A stretch of 64,000 nt of DNA from Eledone cirrhosa (GCA_964016885.1 OZ024743.1:75640001-75704000); one strand, 5' to 3'. Positions 42,045-56,490 are shown, counted from the stretch's first letter. Notes: a model not told the origin generated them from the letters alone. Numbers and translations: made by a program.

Positions 42045-42548
42045 CACATACACACATAAACACATACACACATACACACATAAAGACATAAACATATAAA
42101 CAGATACACACATACACATACACACATAAAGACATACACACATACACACATACACACATAAACACATAAACACATACACACATAAACACAAAGACATACA
42201 CACATAAACACATACACACATACACACATAAACACATACATCCATAAAGACATACACACATACACACATACACACGTACACACGTACACACATACACACA
42301 TAAACACATACAGACATACACATATACACACATACACACATACACACATACACGCATAAACACACATACACACATACACACATAAACACATACACATACA
42401 CAAACACACACAAACACACATACACACATAAACACATACACACATAAACACATACACACATACACACATACACACACACACACATATACACACATACACA
42501 CATACACACATACACACATAAACACACAAACACAAACACACATATACA
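42045..42548. repeat. Degenerate (CATACA/CATAAACA)n array
   Basis: direct reading. Confidence 0.9.
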
Positions 42549-43929
42549 TGAAACATCGTATTTTAATAATTGTTTCTGATCTAGACACAAGGCCAACAAT
42601 TTTGGGGGGAGGGGAAAGTCGATTAAATCGACTCCAGTGCGTTACTGGTACTTTATTTTGTCGACCCTGCAAGGATGAAAGGCAAACCTAATCTCGGCGG
42701 GATTTGAACTCAGAATGTAAAGGGCCATAACTCAATGCCGTAGAGCATGTTGTCTGATGCTCTACCGATTTTACTACCAATGTACCGCCCTTTCATCGTA
42801 TTTTAATAATTGTTTCTACTTTTGGCACAAGGCCAGCAATTATCCAGTGCATTACTGGTACTTTATTTTATCGACCCCGTAAGGATGAAAGGCAAAGTTA
42901 ACCTCGGCGGAATTTGAACTCAGAACGTTAAGGGACGTAACTATGCTGGAAAGCATGGCGTCCGACCCTCCACCGATACTGCCCTTTCATCGTATTTTAA
43001 TAATGAGGATAAAAAATAAAAAATAACCATCTAGTTTAATTCGAAACATCGTTTGTTAGCTGACTACATATGGGAATTTTTACGAGAACAAATTAACCAA
43101 GATTTTCAGTTTAATATTTCATCAGGGAAGCGACGTGGTGGAGTCAAATTACTTCAGATTAAAAGGACGAAATTTGTTGGTTTGAATAAAAATATTACAG
43201 GGAAACAAGTTAAAGCATTGAATATTGATCAAATTATCAGACGGATCAGCTTGAAGTCTCTCGACTTATTACGACTTGCCTGATAATTGCTTCTCATAGC
43301 GAAGCCATTCGTTACAGAACTACAACGTGCATTCTAGTTGGGATTAGTTACACTACTAGTCTTTTAACACAGTCATAAAACAATCGAAATGATAGTAACT
43401 TAAATCTGTCCGTTGCTCGTAAATATCCGATTCATGAACATGGACTGGCCTCGTAGCGAAACTACGAGAACACTCTACCTTGTTACAGTAATTGATTAAA
43501 ACAGTCAGCCGTGGGTAGTCGGAAGAGAAACGGGCGTTAGATAACTTTTACCCTCACTTTTCACTGTTACGTTTCGCACTTCTCTTTTATACAATTTTCA
43601 TCGCAGCAATTTATAATAATAATAATAACAACAACAACAACAACAACAACAACAATAACAACAATAATAACAATAATAGTAAGATGATGATGATGATGAA
43701 GAAGAAGAAGAAGAAGACGATGATGGTAAAGAAGAAGAAGAAGAAGAAGAAGAAGAAGAAGAAGATGATGATGATGATGATGGAGAACATGGAGAAGAAG
43801 AAGGAAAAGAAGAAGAAGAAGAAGGAAAAGAAGAAGAAGAAGAAGAAGAAGAAGAAGAAGAAGAAGAAGAAGAAGAAGATTTTCTTCCCAATAGAGGAAA
43901 GTTTGTGGTCGCGGTTTATATGGATGTAA

Positions 43930-45000
43930 AGACTAACTAACTGCTAATAAACCAGAGAATACTTGGAAACTGCCGCTCAAAATAGAAGAACTTAAGCTGC
44001 GCATGAATTGATTATAAGAAAGTGTTTGATAGTATCGCACATTCCTGGATACTCTGATCCATAGACCCCTACAAAGGATCACCAACGCTAGTCAATTTCT
44101 ATGTCACAGTACGACCTTGTGAAATACTGACCCATTTTTTCACAGCCAAGGTTTCTAAGGGTCAATGACAACAAAAACATAAACTGTGGAATTTTAAGGG
44201 CCATATTCTCTACCCCCTTTTCTGTCTTCCTTTATTTCCATTGTTATTACAACTTAACAAAACATGTTTTGGTTTTAAGAAGTCATTTACTCGATATGGA
44301 CGATTTGAAACTCCATAGGAGAAAGGACGGAGAACTGGAAGGACATTTGAAAAGAGTTAAGATGTTGATAGACAACATAGGAATGGGAGTTAGACTGGAT
44401 AATTGTATGAAAGCTACTTTTAAAAGGGGCAAAATAATAACAAGTGAATCAGTCATGTTTGACACAAACACATAGATCAATGACAGAGATTAAGAGGGAA
44501 TGTACAAGTACTTAGGCGTTAATGAAGGAGACTGTATACAATATGTTACAATGAAGGAAAAATAATAAAAAAGAATATCCCAGGAAAGGAACAGACATCT
44601 TAAAGACCGAACTAAAAGTACTATAAATACCCTGGCACTCTCAATTGTAACCTACAGATTTAACATCGTCAACTGGAACATGTGAGAAATTAAACAGATA
44701 GGACGGTCCGATGGATACAGACATGCAACAAAATGCACCGCCCCAAGGCAGACATTGATCCTCTGATTCTGTCTAGAAGCAAGGAAGGTAGGGTAATGAT
44801 ACAACTAGAACTGATATATAAAACCGGAACAATAGGGATGTTTAGATACCTTAAGTTCACTGAAGGTTGGATGTTGCAGTAGGTTCTAGAGCAGGAAGCC
44901 AATAAACTGCACTCAGTTGGATGTTGCAGCAGCTTCTAGAGCAGGAAGCCAATAATAAACTGCACCCAGTTACACAAGAATGTAGAAAATACACCAATGA
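43930..45000 (+). pseudogene. Decayed RT of an R4/Dong-like non-LTR retrotransposon
   Basis: IDYKKVFDSIAHSWI, SHLLDMDDLKL, IGMGVRLDNC, YKYLGV, INTLALSIVTYRF. Confidence 0.75.
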
Positions 45001-45323
45001 ACATAATAGTAAGTGAGCAACTCGGAAAACCTTGCGATGGACTAACGTCCTGTCCAGGGGGAAGTCATTCATGTATTCTCAGTTACTTATCGCCACGGAA
45101 ACTGGGATAAACCGGCCTGACCAGGTTTGAGACAGACTTTAGACGTTTTTGGTAGTGAAAATGTTAGGAAGCCACAAGCTTCAGCATAGTTTACTTCTCA
45201 CAATCTGCTAGAGGAAGTAAACAAATCTCCATCAAAATATAACGGACATATTGGATAACAGAGTCCGAATACACGAGTCGTGAAAAAAAGCGATAATGAA
45301 CACAGTGTACCTAACTTTGGCTG

Positions 45324-45537
<214 letters not shown>

Positions 45538-45879
45538 ATGGTTTCTTATATAGGCACAAGGCCAGCAATTTGGGGGGGGGGGGTCGTTTAAATCGACCCA
45601 AGTGCGTGACTGGTACTTTATTTTATCGACCTCCGTAAGGATGAAAGGCAAAGTTAACCTCGGCGGGATTTGAACTCAGATTGTAAAGGGACGTAACTCT
45701 TTGCGTCAAAGCATGGCGTCCGACCCTCTACAGATACTGCCAATCCCCCGCCCTAACAATCCTAACACTAATGTTATTTAATAGTAGTAGTACTAAGGAT
45801 GGGGGAACAGTAAATAGATATATGGAAAAGCATGGATCATCTGACTGATAAAATGATAAGTCAGTCAATCATATTGGTG

Positions 45880-46470
45880 GCCTCCCCACAGCCCCGGCGG
45901 ACAGAATAGAGAAGGCGTTTCCCAGGATGACGGCAAGGGAGAAGCGCTGGAAAAGCCATTTGAACTCGCGAGACTCACACCTGCGGCTGGCCAGCTCAGT
46001 GCCTATGGTGGTGAGTAGGGACGTAGCTCTAGGGCCGAGGACACAAGAAGTCTCCACTGCCAAGGGTACAACCGCAAACCTGTCGGAGAGCGACCGGTTC
46101 TTGAAGAGCTTGGTCTCCTCAGCCCGACGTGCAGCAGAACCTGGGTTAGCCGCAGACTGCACCAGGTTGCGGCTGCAGAAAGTGTCGGTGCAAGTGGCAT
46201 CCCAGACGAGAGGTTTGCCACCACGGAACAGGAAGATGGTCATGCCATCTGGCCTTTTGCCGTCCTCTCGGTCCAGTCCCACCGGGTCGAGCTGGGAAGG
46301 GAAGACTGCAGCGTCCAAGCCATGCTTTATGACTTCGTTGAGGGCAGCATGGCGTGGAAGGCGGCCGGCACTGTGGCGACAGGAAAGCAGGTGGAGGCCG
46401 AAAGAGTCCACGGTGGATCCACAGCGACATTGGTGTGGCTCGCAGATTCGGAGGCCGAGCCTCAAGGAAA
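45880..46470 (-). mobile_element. CRE-like LINE 3' end: CCHC zinc knuckle plus PD-(D/E)xK endonuclease
   Basis: CRCG..HLLSC..RH..LNEVIK..DGKRPDGMT..LVWDATC..AEETK..LAVET..QRFSLAVILGNA. Confidence 0.88.
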
Positions 46471-46823
46471 CTCTATGCGCAGGCTATTGTTATCTATTGT
46501 TATTTCATTGTCTGTCAGTCTTCAGTGAACATCGACAATTCAACCTTCACCGAGAAAAGTGAAAGGCTTTGAAAAATATCCCCTTATTTTTCAAAAAGAT
46601 AATTACACATTATCAGTTAGCCTAACCCCCGAATGTTTGTGTATTTGGTGAAAGTTCTGCGCTAAAGTTCTCGATTGGTTAGGTGCTATACTAGCTTAAT
46701 AAATAAATAAAAATGAATGTCCATATCTTAGTGAAATAACAACAAATTGATATATTGATATGGCATGGTCCCGTAACTCCTGAATGAGTACCCCCCCCCC
46801 CCACACATGTATATATATATCTC

Positions 46824-46859
<36 letters not shown>

Positions 46860-46876
46860 TAAAATAACAGATTAAA

Positions 46877-46925
46877 GTTCAAGCAAAGAATCGCTGCTTT
46901 CACCCTTAACGGGATCTTCTGAAAC
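46877..46925 (-). ncRNA. Type I HHR with variant core CAGAAGA
   Basis: minus: GTTT CAGAAGA TCCCGTTAAGGGT GAAAGCAGCGATTCTTTGCTT GAAC. Confidence 0.7.
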
Positions 46926-47072
46926 TAACAAAGTCAATCTGTAAACGCAGAACTGGATATTTCAAAAAACGTTGCAACCGGAGGAAGACAGGAAGACGAT
47001 ACTTTGGTTCGTGGTAACGTTCGCTGGCTTATCGAGCCCTCTTTGGATTTTAGTCTTCAATTTTATTATTAT

Positions 47073-47136
<64 letters not shown>

Positions 47137-47389
47137 GATATATATATATATATATACTTTAAAAAAAGCCTTCGTGAGCCCCCTATTTTTAAGTAAAAAG
47201 AAATTCAAACACTCATATATAAAAAAAAACAACCTGTGTCGCCCCTCCCCCTTGTTTGAAGAACTTTGTAACGCGAACTGGCGCGAAATTTATTATAATT
47301 ATTGACCAACCAATCAAATTACTTCTCTAAAAACCTGGCATTTCGAGCCACTTTTTTCCATATAAAACAAGTAACATTCAGAGACCAAC

Positions 47390-47920
47390 CAGATGTGAGA
47401 AAAACCACAGACCCTCCATCTTAACTCTACTTTTGAAAAGCAGAAGAACTGCGAAACTGGTAAAGGAACCAAATAAATATATATATATTTTTAAAAAACT
47501 CCAGTTGCATTTTCGATTTCATCTTTTTTTCTTTATATATATATATAAGAAAATTAGGTTTTTTTAAAATGAAAAAAAAAAAAAAAAAAAAAAAACGAGA
47601 TGTTCTACACGAGTGAAAGTATAAGGAAAAAAGATGAAATCGAAAATACAACTGGAGTCTTTTTAAGAATATTTATTTGTTTCCTTTACCGGTTTCGTAG
47701 TTCTTATGCTTTTCAAAAGTAGAATTGAGATGGAGGATTTGTGGATTTTCTGAATTGAGATGGAGGGCTTGTGGTTTTTCTCGCATCTGCGAGAAAAACC
47801 ACAATCCCTCCATCTCAATTCTACTTTTGAAAAGCATAAGAACTGTGAAACCGGTAAACAAATAAATATTCTTATAAAGACTCCATTTGCATTTTCGATT
47901 TCATATTTTTTCCCTATATA
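47390..47920. mobile_element. Direct-inverted-direct triplet of an element with a degenerate HHR-like motif
   Basis: 47397-47545 (+), 47630-47787 (-), 47788-47915 (+); CTT TTGAAAA GCAG-aagaa-CTGC GAA ACTGGT A AAG. Confidence 0.6.
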
Positions 47921-48229
47921 TACATATATATATAGTCGAACCATCCTTCAAAGCGTGAACCTATATCTGTGTATTTTTGCACCCCTCTGTTTGTTTTGTT
48001 TTTTGGCTGTAAACGTGGTTAGTATTTAGGAAGGGCATCCAGCTGTAAAATACTCAACCAAATTTACAGTCCTCGCTAGAGCAAGGTGCGACACATGGCC
48101 AACCCTGGCCAGACTTGCCTCCCGGCATGGACGACCTGTCTAACCCATGCAAGTGTGGAAAAAATGACGTTAAACGGAAATGATGATGATGATGATACAC
48201 ACACACACACACACACACACACATAAATA

Positions 48230-48260
<31 letters not shown>

Positions 48261-48291
48261 CATCATCATCATCATCATTTATATCATCATC

Positions 48292-48361
<70 letters not shown>

Positions 48362-48774
48362 CGGAGGAGTTGTGGTAAGGAACCAGATGGACCATAACTC
48401 ACCAGAGTACTCAATACTTAAGGTAGTAGAGTGGGTAATAGGAGAAAGTATGACCCCGACGGCAGAGCTCTGCCGTCGGGGTCATACTTTCTCCTATATA
48501 TATATACAGCCAGGAACACGCCAAGAAATTTAACAATAAGTTATCTAGAAAATATTATGTTTATTAGAAACAGCAAAGTTTGCAACCCCCCCCCCCTTCC
48601 CCTCATTGGCTGTTATCAGTTACCAGATGTCAGCTAACATATTTTGATATACATGCAGCAATGGGATAACAGACAAATGATATGTCACTATTTTGAGATT
48701 TGTGCTGTGTATGTATGAAGTTTCATACAAGTGTGCGGGTATGATACGATTGTGTATATGTGTATATATATACC

Positions 48775-48854
<80 letters not shown>

Positions 48855-49125
48855 CATACATATATATATATATCACGATAAATCAACGGAGCCATAGACT
48901 CTCGTTATTCCCTGTCAATAATGTGCTCAAAGGAAAAGGAATCCTGAGCTCTTTAAAATACATTATGTTGAAAAGGTAACACACTAAAGAGAGACAGCGC
49001 GCCATCAATTAAACAGGGAAAACCACCAGTGTATGGAGTCTATAATCTATGGAAGGCAGGGTAGACAAACAATAATTAAAAATATAAATTAAAATGTATA
49101 TACGCACCTCTATAACTCTATAACA

Positions 49126-49206
49126 CACGCGTACAAATCCAAAGAGATCTGTTTCGCCAGGAAGTTGTTAACTGAAATGGAATAGCCTATGGTTCATCAG
49201 CGTGTG
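49126..49206 (-). ncRNA. Type I HHR (full stem III)
   Basis: inverted twin of 49654-49734. Confidence 0.8.
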
Positions 49207-49653
49207 TAAGACTATACATTTCAGACAACTCTAAGAGAATCTAAAGCGACTGTCCAGCTACACGCGGAAGAGAGATGTCACAGCGTGTTTAGGGCAGTGA
49301 ACCAGTGGTATCTGAGGGACGAGCTGCTGGAAAGGGCAGCCCCAAAACCACTCAAAGAAGTGTACTCAACCAAACAGAGAGAGAGGAATGACTGTTATAA
49401 GGAGCGAAATATCACGATAAATTAACGGAGCCATAGACTCTCGTTATTCCCTGTCAATAATGTGCTCAAAGGAAAGGAATCCTGAGCTCTTTAAGATACA
49501 ATATGTTGAAAAGGTAACACACTAAAGTTCTGGCAGCTCGTCCCTCAGATACCACTGGTTTACTGCCCTAAACACGCTGTGACATCTCTCTGCCGCGTGC
49601 AGCTGGACAGTCGCTTTAGATTCTCTTAGAGTTGTCTGGAATGTATAGTCTTG

Positions 49654-49734
49654 CACACGCTGATGAACCATAGGCTATTCCATTTCAGTTAACAACTTCC
49701 TGGCGAAACAGATCTCTTTGGATTTGTACGCGTG
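49654..49734 (+). ncRNA. Type I HHR (full stem III, long loop 2)
   Basis: CACACG CTGATGA ACCA..TGGC GAA ACAGATC-tctttg-GATTTGT A CGCGTG; GUA site. Confidence 0.8.
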
Positions 49735-49876
49735 TGTTATATAGTTATAGAGGTGCGTATATACATTTTAATTTATATTTTTAATTATTGTGTGTCTACC
49801 CTGCCTTCCATAGATTATAGACTCCATACACTGGTGGTTTTCCCTGTTTAATTGATGGCGCGCTGTCTCTCTTTAG

Positions 49877-49930
<54 letters not shown>

Positions 49931-49996
49931 GTTTGCATATATATAAACCTTTTTATATATACCTATATATCTATATACATCCTATATTAAACATTG

Positions 49997-50042
<46 letters not shown>

Positions 50043-50134
50043 ATAAATATTTATATAATATGTATGTTTATATAAACATATATAGATGTACGAACAGATG
50101 TCGCTGTTGTTGAAACAAACAAGAATGCACAAAA

Positions 50135-51405
50135 CAACAGCAACCACCCTAACACAACCACCACTAGGACCACTACGACTACCACAACCACAATCAACGC
50201 CACCATCACAACCATCACCACCACTACCACCACAACCACTACCACTACCACAACCACCACCACCACCACCACTACCACCATTATCATCACCACCACTACC
50301 ACAACCATTACCACCACTACCACAACCACCACCACCACCACCATTACCATCACCACCACTACTATCACCACCACTACCACAACCACCACCAACATCACTA
50401 CCACCACTATCACAACCACCACCACCATCACAACCACCACCACTACCACAACCACCACCACCATCACTACTATCACCACCACTACCATCACCATAACCAC
50501 CACCACAACCATCACCACCACCATCACAACCACCACCACCACTACCAGAACCACCACCATCACTACCATCACCACCACTACCACAACCACCACCACCATC
50601 ACTACTATCACCACCACTACCAACACCACAGCCACCACCACAACCATCACCACCACCATCACAACCACCACCACTACCACAACCACCACCACCATCACTA
50701 CCATCACCACCACTACCATCACCACCACTACCATCACCCCCATTACCACAACCACCATCACCATCACTACTATCACCACCACTACCATCACCACAACCAC
50801 CACCACAACCATCACCACCACCATCACAACCATCACCACTACCACAACCACCAGCACTACCACCATTACCACAACCACGACCACCGTTACTACCATCACC
50901 ACCACTACCACAACCACCACCACGACCATCACCACTACAACCATAATCAACGCCACCACCACAACCACCACCACGACCACTACCATCACTACCACAACCA
51001 CCACCACAAACACCACCACGACCACTACCATCACCACCAATACCACATGGCCACAATAAAAACCACCACAATAAAAACCACCACAGCTACAACAACAGCA
51101 ACAGCAACAATAACAACAACAACTACCACCACCACCACCACAACAACAACAACAGCTACAACAATAACAACAACTACTACAACAACAACAGCTACAACAA
51201 CAATAACAACTTCTACCTCAACAACTACCACTACAAGTCATCAACAACAACAAGACCACAACAACAGCAACAACAACAACAACAACAACAACAGCAACAA
51301 CAACAATAGCAACAACAACCACAGCTACAATAACACCAACAACAACTACTACAACAACAATAACAACAGCATCAACAACAACAGCAACAGCTACAACAAC
51401 AAAAC
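50135..51405. repeat. Degenerate (CAC)n then (CAA)n arrays
   Basis: direct reading. Confidence 0.92.
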
Positions 51406-51704
51406 AAACAATGCCATAAAATATGTTCTGTGGTTCTTTGTAAAAAAACATTTTGTTTTGGTGTATGCCGCTAAGTATATATTTCTTAAATTTCAAGTCA
51501 TGCCGCCATTGTCGTCTGACGGCAGTGAGTTTGTTTCTGTTAGTAAACATATCAATGTGACTTGTGATAAAAGACAGAAACAACGACAGAGGAAAGAATG
51601 AAAGGAAAACAAATAAAAAATAGAGAAGAGAAATAAAATGGAAAAGAAACGAACAGAATCGAAATAAAACAAAGAAAAATATTAAAATATCAAGCGAAAA
51701 TACG

Positions 51705-51735
<31 letters not shown>

Positions 51736-52499
51736 TGTATGTATGTATGTATGTATGTATGTATGTATGTATGTATGTATGTATGTATGTATGCATGTAT
51801 GCATGTATGTATGTATGTATGTATGTATGTATGTATGTTTGTATGTATGTATGCATGTATGTATGTATGTATGCATGTATGTATATATTGCAGGACAAAA
51901 GACAAAAGCTGACAAAGGGCGGAAGAACTCATAAGAGTCAACGTCCATCCAAAAATGTGTAAATATGTATATACATGTATGCATGTGTATATATGTATAT
52001 ATGTATATACATATATAGACATGCATACATGTATATACACACGCATATACATACACATGCACACATGTATATACATATATGTATATGTATATACATGGGT
52101 GCATGTGTATGTATATACGCGGGGACATAGAAATAGTCGGGCTGGACACCCGATCGCGCGGTTAAACCAGCGGGAGTGAAGGACCCCTAGCCTTTCTCAG
52201 GGCATTCTTCTAGGAGAAGGCAACTCAGGAAACTGGGATAACTCCGACATAAAACTTGCGGGGCAGTAGTTACCGATAATGTTGATCTTTTCTTCTTTTC
52301 GGGTTATAACTACTGTTGCTCAGTGAGTGGGATTGTTATATCGTGCAATGGTCATACTCGATAACGAGGGGCAGCCATTATGTATGTATGTATGTATGTA
52401 TGTATGTATGTATGTATGTATGTATGTATGTATGTATGTATGTATGTATGTATGTATGTTTGTATGTATGTATGTATGTATGTATGTATGTATGTATGT

Positions 52500-52870
52500 A
52501 TGATAATTAACCGGCCACCTTCCTGGTGATAAGGTTGTGCAGAAAGGAAATTGTCGTCTCTTCTGTAAGCGTTCATCGTTTGAATTATAAGAATATTTTA
52601 TAGATTTTGAAGATTCCAAATATTGCGGCCATTTCTAGCTTATGAATTAAGGAGCGACTTTCTTTCTCCATAAACCCAAGCTCAGTTATACTTTGGTCCA
52701 AGCGAGTTATTATATAACCTGTGTAATGACGGGTATGAAACTGAACTTGTATCTTGGACACTGGATCTTCAAACTCCTCATCAATGGTCCGTAGATATCC
52801 TATTTTCTTGCATGTTTCTTACTATATTAACATCACGTGGGCAGATGACTTATACAACATATGTAAATAG
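52500..52870 (-). mobile_element. R4/Dong-like LINE 3' end adjoining (ATAC)n
   Basis: frameshifted CPRDVNI..YGPLMRSLKIQCPRYKFSFIPVI..GYI..LIHKLEMAAIFG. Confidence 0.65.
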
Positions 52871-53104
52871 AGGGGTAGAAGTCGATGATGTCAAATTGAG
52901 TGAACTTGGTTTAATAATATCCCAGATAAAAATAACGCTAAGATATTACTGAATAAGTATTAATCCTTATTATTAGTACATTTATTTATATCTCTTAGGA
53001 TCTTCTTATAACTAGTCATATCTCGGTTCTAGTAGGGTTTATTAATTTCAACTAGAACTATTATTAAAGTCATTTTTATGATCTTTCAGAGTAATACAAG
53101 CACT

Positions 53105-53515
53105 ACGTGTGATATAAGGTTTCCAACATCATTTGGGCAAAGCTGATGGAATATTTTCCACATCATGCAGATAATGTAGCGCTCACGGCGACGTTGGAGA
53201 GAACAAAGGTTGAGCTTTTCTAATCGACTCCAATAGTCAAGTCCTGTCATGCCATCTATCTCTTTTGTAATCGATCTTTGGGGTGCTTCAAATTTCATGA
53301 TACTTTGTTTCGTGTGGGGAGACCACTGTGGACAACAGTATTCAAGGTGGGATCGGACAAAAGTGGAGAAGAGAAGGATAACAGTGTGGATATCTCTCGA
53401 CTGGAAAGTTCTGAGAATCCAGGAACACATTCTGCGGGCCATGTCAACTTTGCTGTTTATATGAGTGGCCCAGCTTATGTTGTTGTCCACAATTACTCCC
53501 AGGTCTCGACTAACA
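53105..53515 (-). mobile_element. CR1/L2-type LINE RT fragment
   Basis: RDLGVIVDNNISWATHI..ILRTFQSRD..FVRSHLEYCCPQWSP..SLQRRRERY. Confidence 0.88.
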
Positions 53516-53606
53516 ACTCGGCTGATTTTGTGAAACGAGTTAAATGAGATTATTTTCGCTATTTTTTTAGTTACCAAAGATTACTTTCAGGTCTTCTTCA
53601 GACAGA

Positions 53607-55210
53607 CAGCTGAGTGGTAGCGGAAGTGTGAGTACAGCTGAGTGGTAGTGGAAGTGTGAACACAGTTCAGTGGTAGCGGAAGTGTGAGTACATAGCTCAG
53701 TGGTAGTGGAAGTGTGAACACAGTTCAGTGGTAGCGGAAGTGTGAGTACAGCTGAGTGGTAGTGGAAGTGTGAACACAGTTCAGTGGTAGCGGAAGTGTG
53801 AGTACAGCTGAGTGGTAGTGGAAGTGTGAACACAGTTCAGTGGTAGCGGAAGTGTGAGTACATAGCTCAGTGGTATTGGAAGTGTGAACACAGTTCAGTG
53901 GTAGCGGAAGTGTGAGTACAGCTGAGTGGTAGTGGAAGTGTGAACACAGTTCAGTGGTAGCGGAAGTGTGAGTACATAGCTCAGTGGTATTGGAAGTGTG
54001 AACACATAGCTCAGTAGTAGTGGAAGTGTGAGTACATAGCTCAGTGGTAGTGGAAGTGTGAACACTTAGCTCAGTGGTAGTGGAAGTGTGAGTACATAGC
54101 TCAGTGGTAGTGGAAGTGTGAACACTTAGCTCAGTGGTAGTGGAAGTGTGAGTACATAGCTCAGTGGTATTGGAAGTGTGAACACAGTTCAGTGGTAGCG
54201 GAAGTGTGAGTACAGCTGAGTGGTAGTGGAAGTGTGAACACAGTTCAGTGGTAGCGGAAGTGTGAGTACATAGCTCAGTGGTATTGGAAGTGTGAACACA
54301 TAGCTCAGTGGTAGTGGAAGTGTGAGTACATAGCTCAGTGGTATTGGAAGTGTGAACACATAGCTCAGTGGTAGTGGAAGTGTGAGTACATAGCTCAGTG
54401 GTAGTGGAAGTGTGAACACAGCTCAGTGGTAGTGGAAGTGTGAGTACATAGCTCAGTGGTAGTGGAAGTGTGAACACTTAGCTCAGTGGTAGTGGAAGTG
54501 TGAGTACATAGCTCAGTGGTAGTGGAAGTGTGAACACAGCTCAGTGGTAGTGGAAGTGTGAGTACATAGCTCAGTGGTAGTGGAAGTGTGAACACATAGT
54601 TCAGTGGTAGTGGAAGTGTGAGTACAGCTGAGTGGTATTGGAAGTGTGAACACAGTTCAGTGGTAGCGGAAGTGTGAGTACAGCTGAGTGGTAGTGGAAG
54701 TGTGAACACAGTTCAGTGGTAGTGGAAGTGTGAGTACATAGCTCAGTGGTAGTGGAAGTGTGAACACTTAGCTCAGTGGTAGTGGAAGTGTGAGTACATA
54801 GCTCAGTGGTAGTGGAAGTGTGAACACAGCTCAGTGGTAGTGGAAGTGTGAGTACATAGCTCAGTGGTAGTGGAAGTGTGAGTACATAGCTCAGTGGTAG
54901 TGGAAGTGTGAACACATAGTTCAGTGGTAGTGGAAGTGTGAGTACATAGCTCAGTGGTAGTGGAAGTGTGAGTACATAGCTCAGTGGTAGTGGAAGTGTG
55001 AACACATAGTTCAATGGTAGTGGAAGTGTGAACACATAGCTCAGTGGTAGTGGAAGTGTGAGTACATAGCTCAGTTGTAGTGGAAGTATGAACATAGCTC
55101 AGTGGTAGTGGAAGTGTGAACACACAGCTCAGTGGTAGTGGAGGTGTGAATACAGCTCAGTTGTAGTGGAAGTGTGAGTACATAGCTCAGTGGTAGTGGA
55201 AGTATGAATA
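53607..55210. repeat. 28/30-bp minisatellite, about 55 copies
   Basis: gctcagtggtagtggaagtgtgagtaca(ta) variants. Confidence 0.95.
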
Positions 55211-55706
55211 CTCCGAAGTCGTCTGAAACTGAAGCCTTTATCATTCATATTACTCTATATATACTATTGTATTTTCACAGTAAGGTCTTTATCTCACATA
55301 ATTATCTCATATAATATGGAATCTATGATATTTTGATATTATTTATTTTGAGAACAATACCTTAACATCAGTATAAGTGGCCAGTTACAGCCGGTTTGAA
55401 CAAAAAGAGGTGAGAGAATTCTGGCCGGATATCGTCGGTTTAAATGCTAAAGGATTAAGCCAATATTTCTAATCAACTTGAGACGTCTGGAGTAATAGAG
55501 TTCCTAAGTAACCACCTTAGATGATGGATCTTATCAGTAAATCACACCAGACATATTTTTAACAGCGTTCTTGTAGTCATTTCTCTTCAACTTTTCATAT
55601 TTTGATAGTTTGGTGGCTGGTTTATTGTTGTTGTTGTTGGTGTTGTTGTTGTTGTTGTTGTTGTTGGTGGTGGTATGGTGTTGTTGTTGTTGTTGTTGGT
55701 GGTGTC

Positions 55707-55740
<34 letters not shown>

Positions 55741-55809
55741 TTGTTTAAATGATTGAACTGTTTTTGTTATTCTATTGTGTATGTTTGCGCATTTCGTGTT
55801 GGATTGTTG

Positions 55810-55843
<34 letters not shown>

Positions 55844-55993
55844 TGCATATATACATTTATATATATATGTATAAATATATATATATATATATAAATGTAT
55901 ATATGTATATATATACACACACAAAAATCCAACACATAAAATGCACAAACATACACGCATACACAATAGACAGTTCAATCATTTATATATATA

Positions 55994-56490
55994 CTAGCAG
56001 TGGTACCCGGCGTTGCACAGTATAAGGTATTTGGAACGCGGGCCGCCAACAGACCTAATCGTGGAAAAACTAAATGCCTAGACAATATGTAAAGAAAATA
56101 AACCGAATACTCTGATGGCTGGATAATCTTTAAGATTTTCCCCGATGAAGCAGGAAAAATGCAGATTTTCACATAATGCGGGCCCTAGGGGATCAAGAAA
56201 ATGAATTCTTTTCAATATGCCTTGAAATTTTGGGAAAATCGGATAGACGTAACGCCTCAAAATAGCCCTAAAAAGCTGAAAAAAAACGCAGTTTTTCACC
56301 TAGTGCGGGCCCTAGGCTATAAAAAAGTTGGATTTTCTTTACTCATGGTATGCAGAAGAGACTGACTAATACATAGTTACAATTTAAAGGAAATCAGTCT
56401 GACGTAACGCCTCAAAAAACCCCTAAAAAGCTGATAAAACGCAGTTTTAAACTTAAGTAATACACATGTAAAGTTTGAAAAAAATCGGTT
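55994..56490 (-). mobile_element. Non-autonomous Helitron 3' part
   Basis: a|ctagcagtggtacccggcgttgcac, i.e. a subterminal GC-rich segment and CTAG|T end on the minus strand. Confidence 0.6.

Larger units (their letters stand above)
48873..49877. mobile_element. 539-bp unit, partial tandem (about 1.2 copies) plus 345-bp inversion, in (TA)n
   Basis: tcacgataaat at 48873 and 49412; 49533-49877 is the reverse complement of 48983-49327; truncated copy at 29112-29265. Confidence 0.85.

Noticed and set aside
49971-51071. 366-aa Gly/Cys-rich ORF
   Set aside because: Translation of a degenerate (GGT)n array, open in several frames, with no splice or domain evidence.
53607-55210. CRISPR-like 28-30-bp periodicity
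   Set aside because: Head-to-tail repeats without unique spacers, no cas genes, eukaryotic context.
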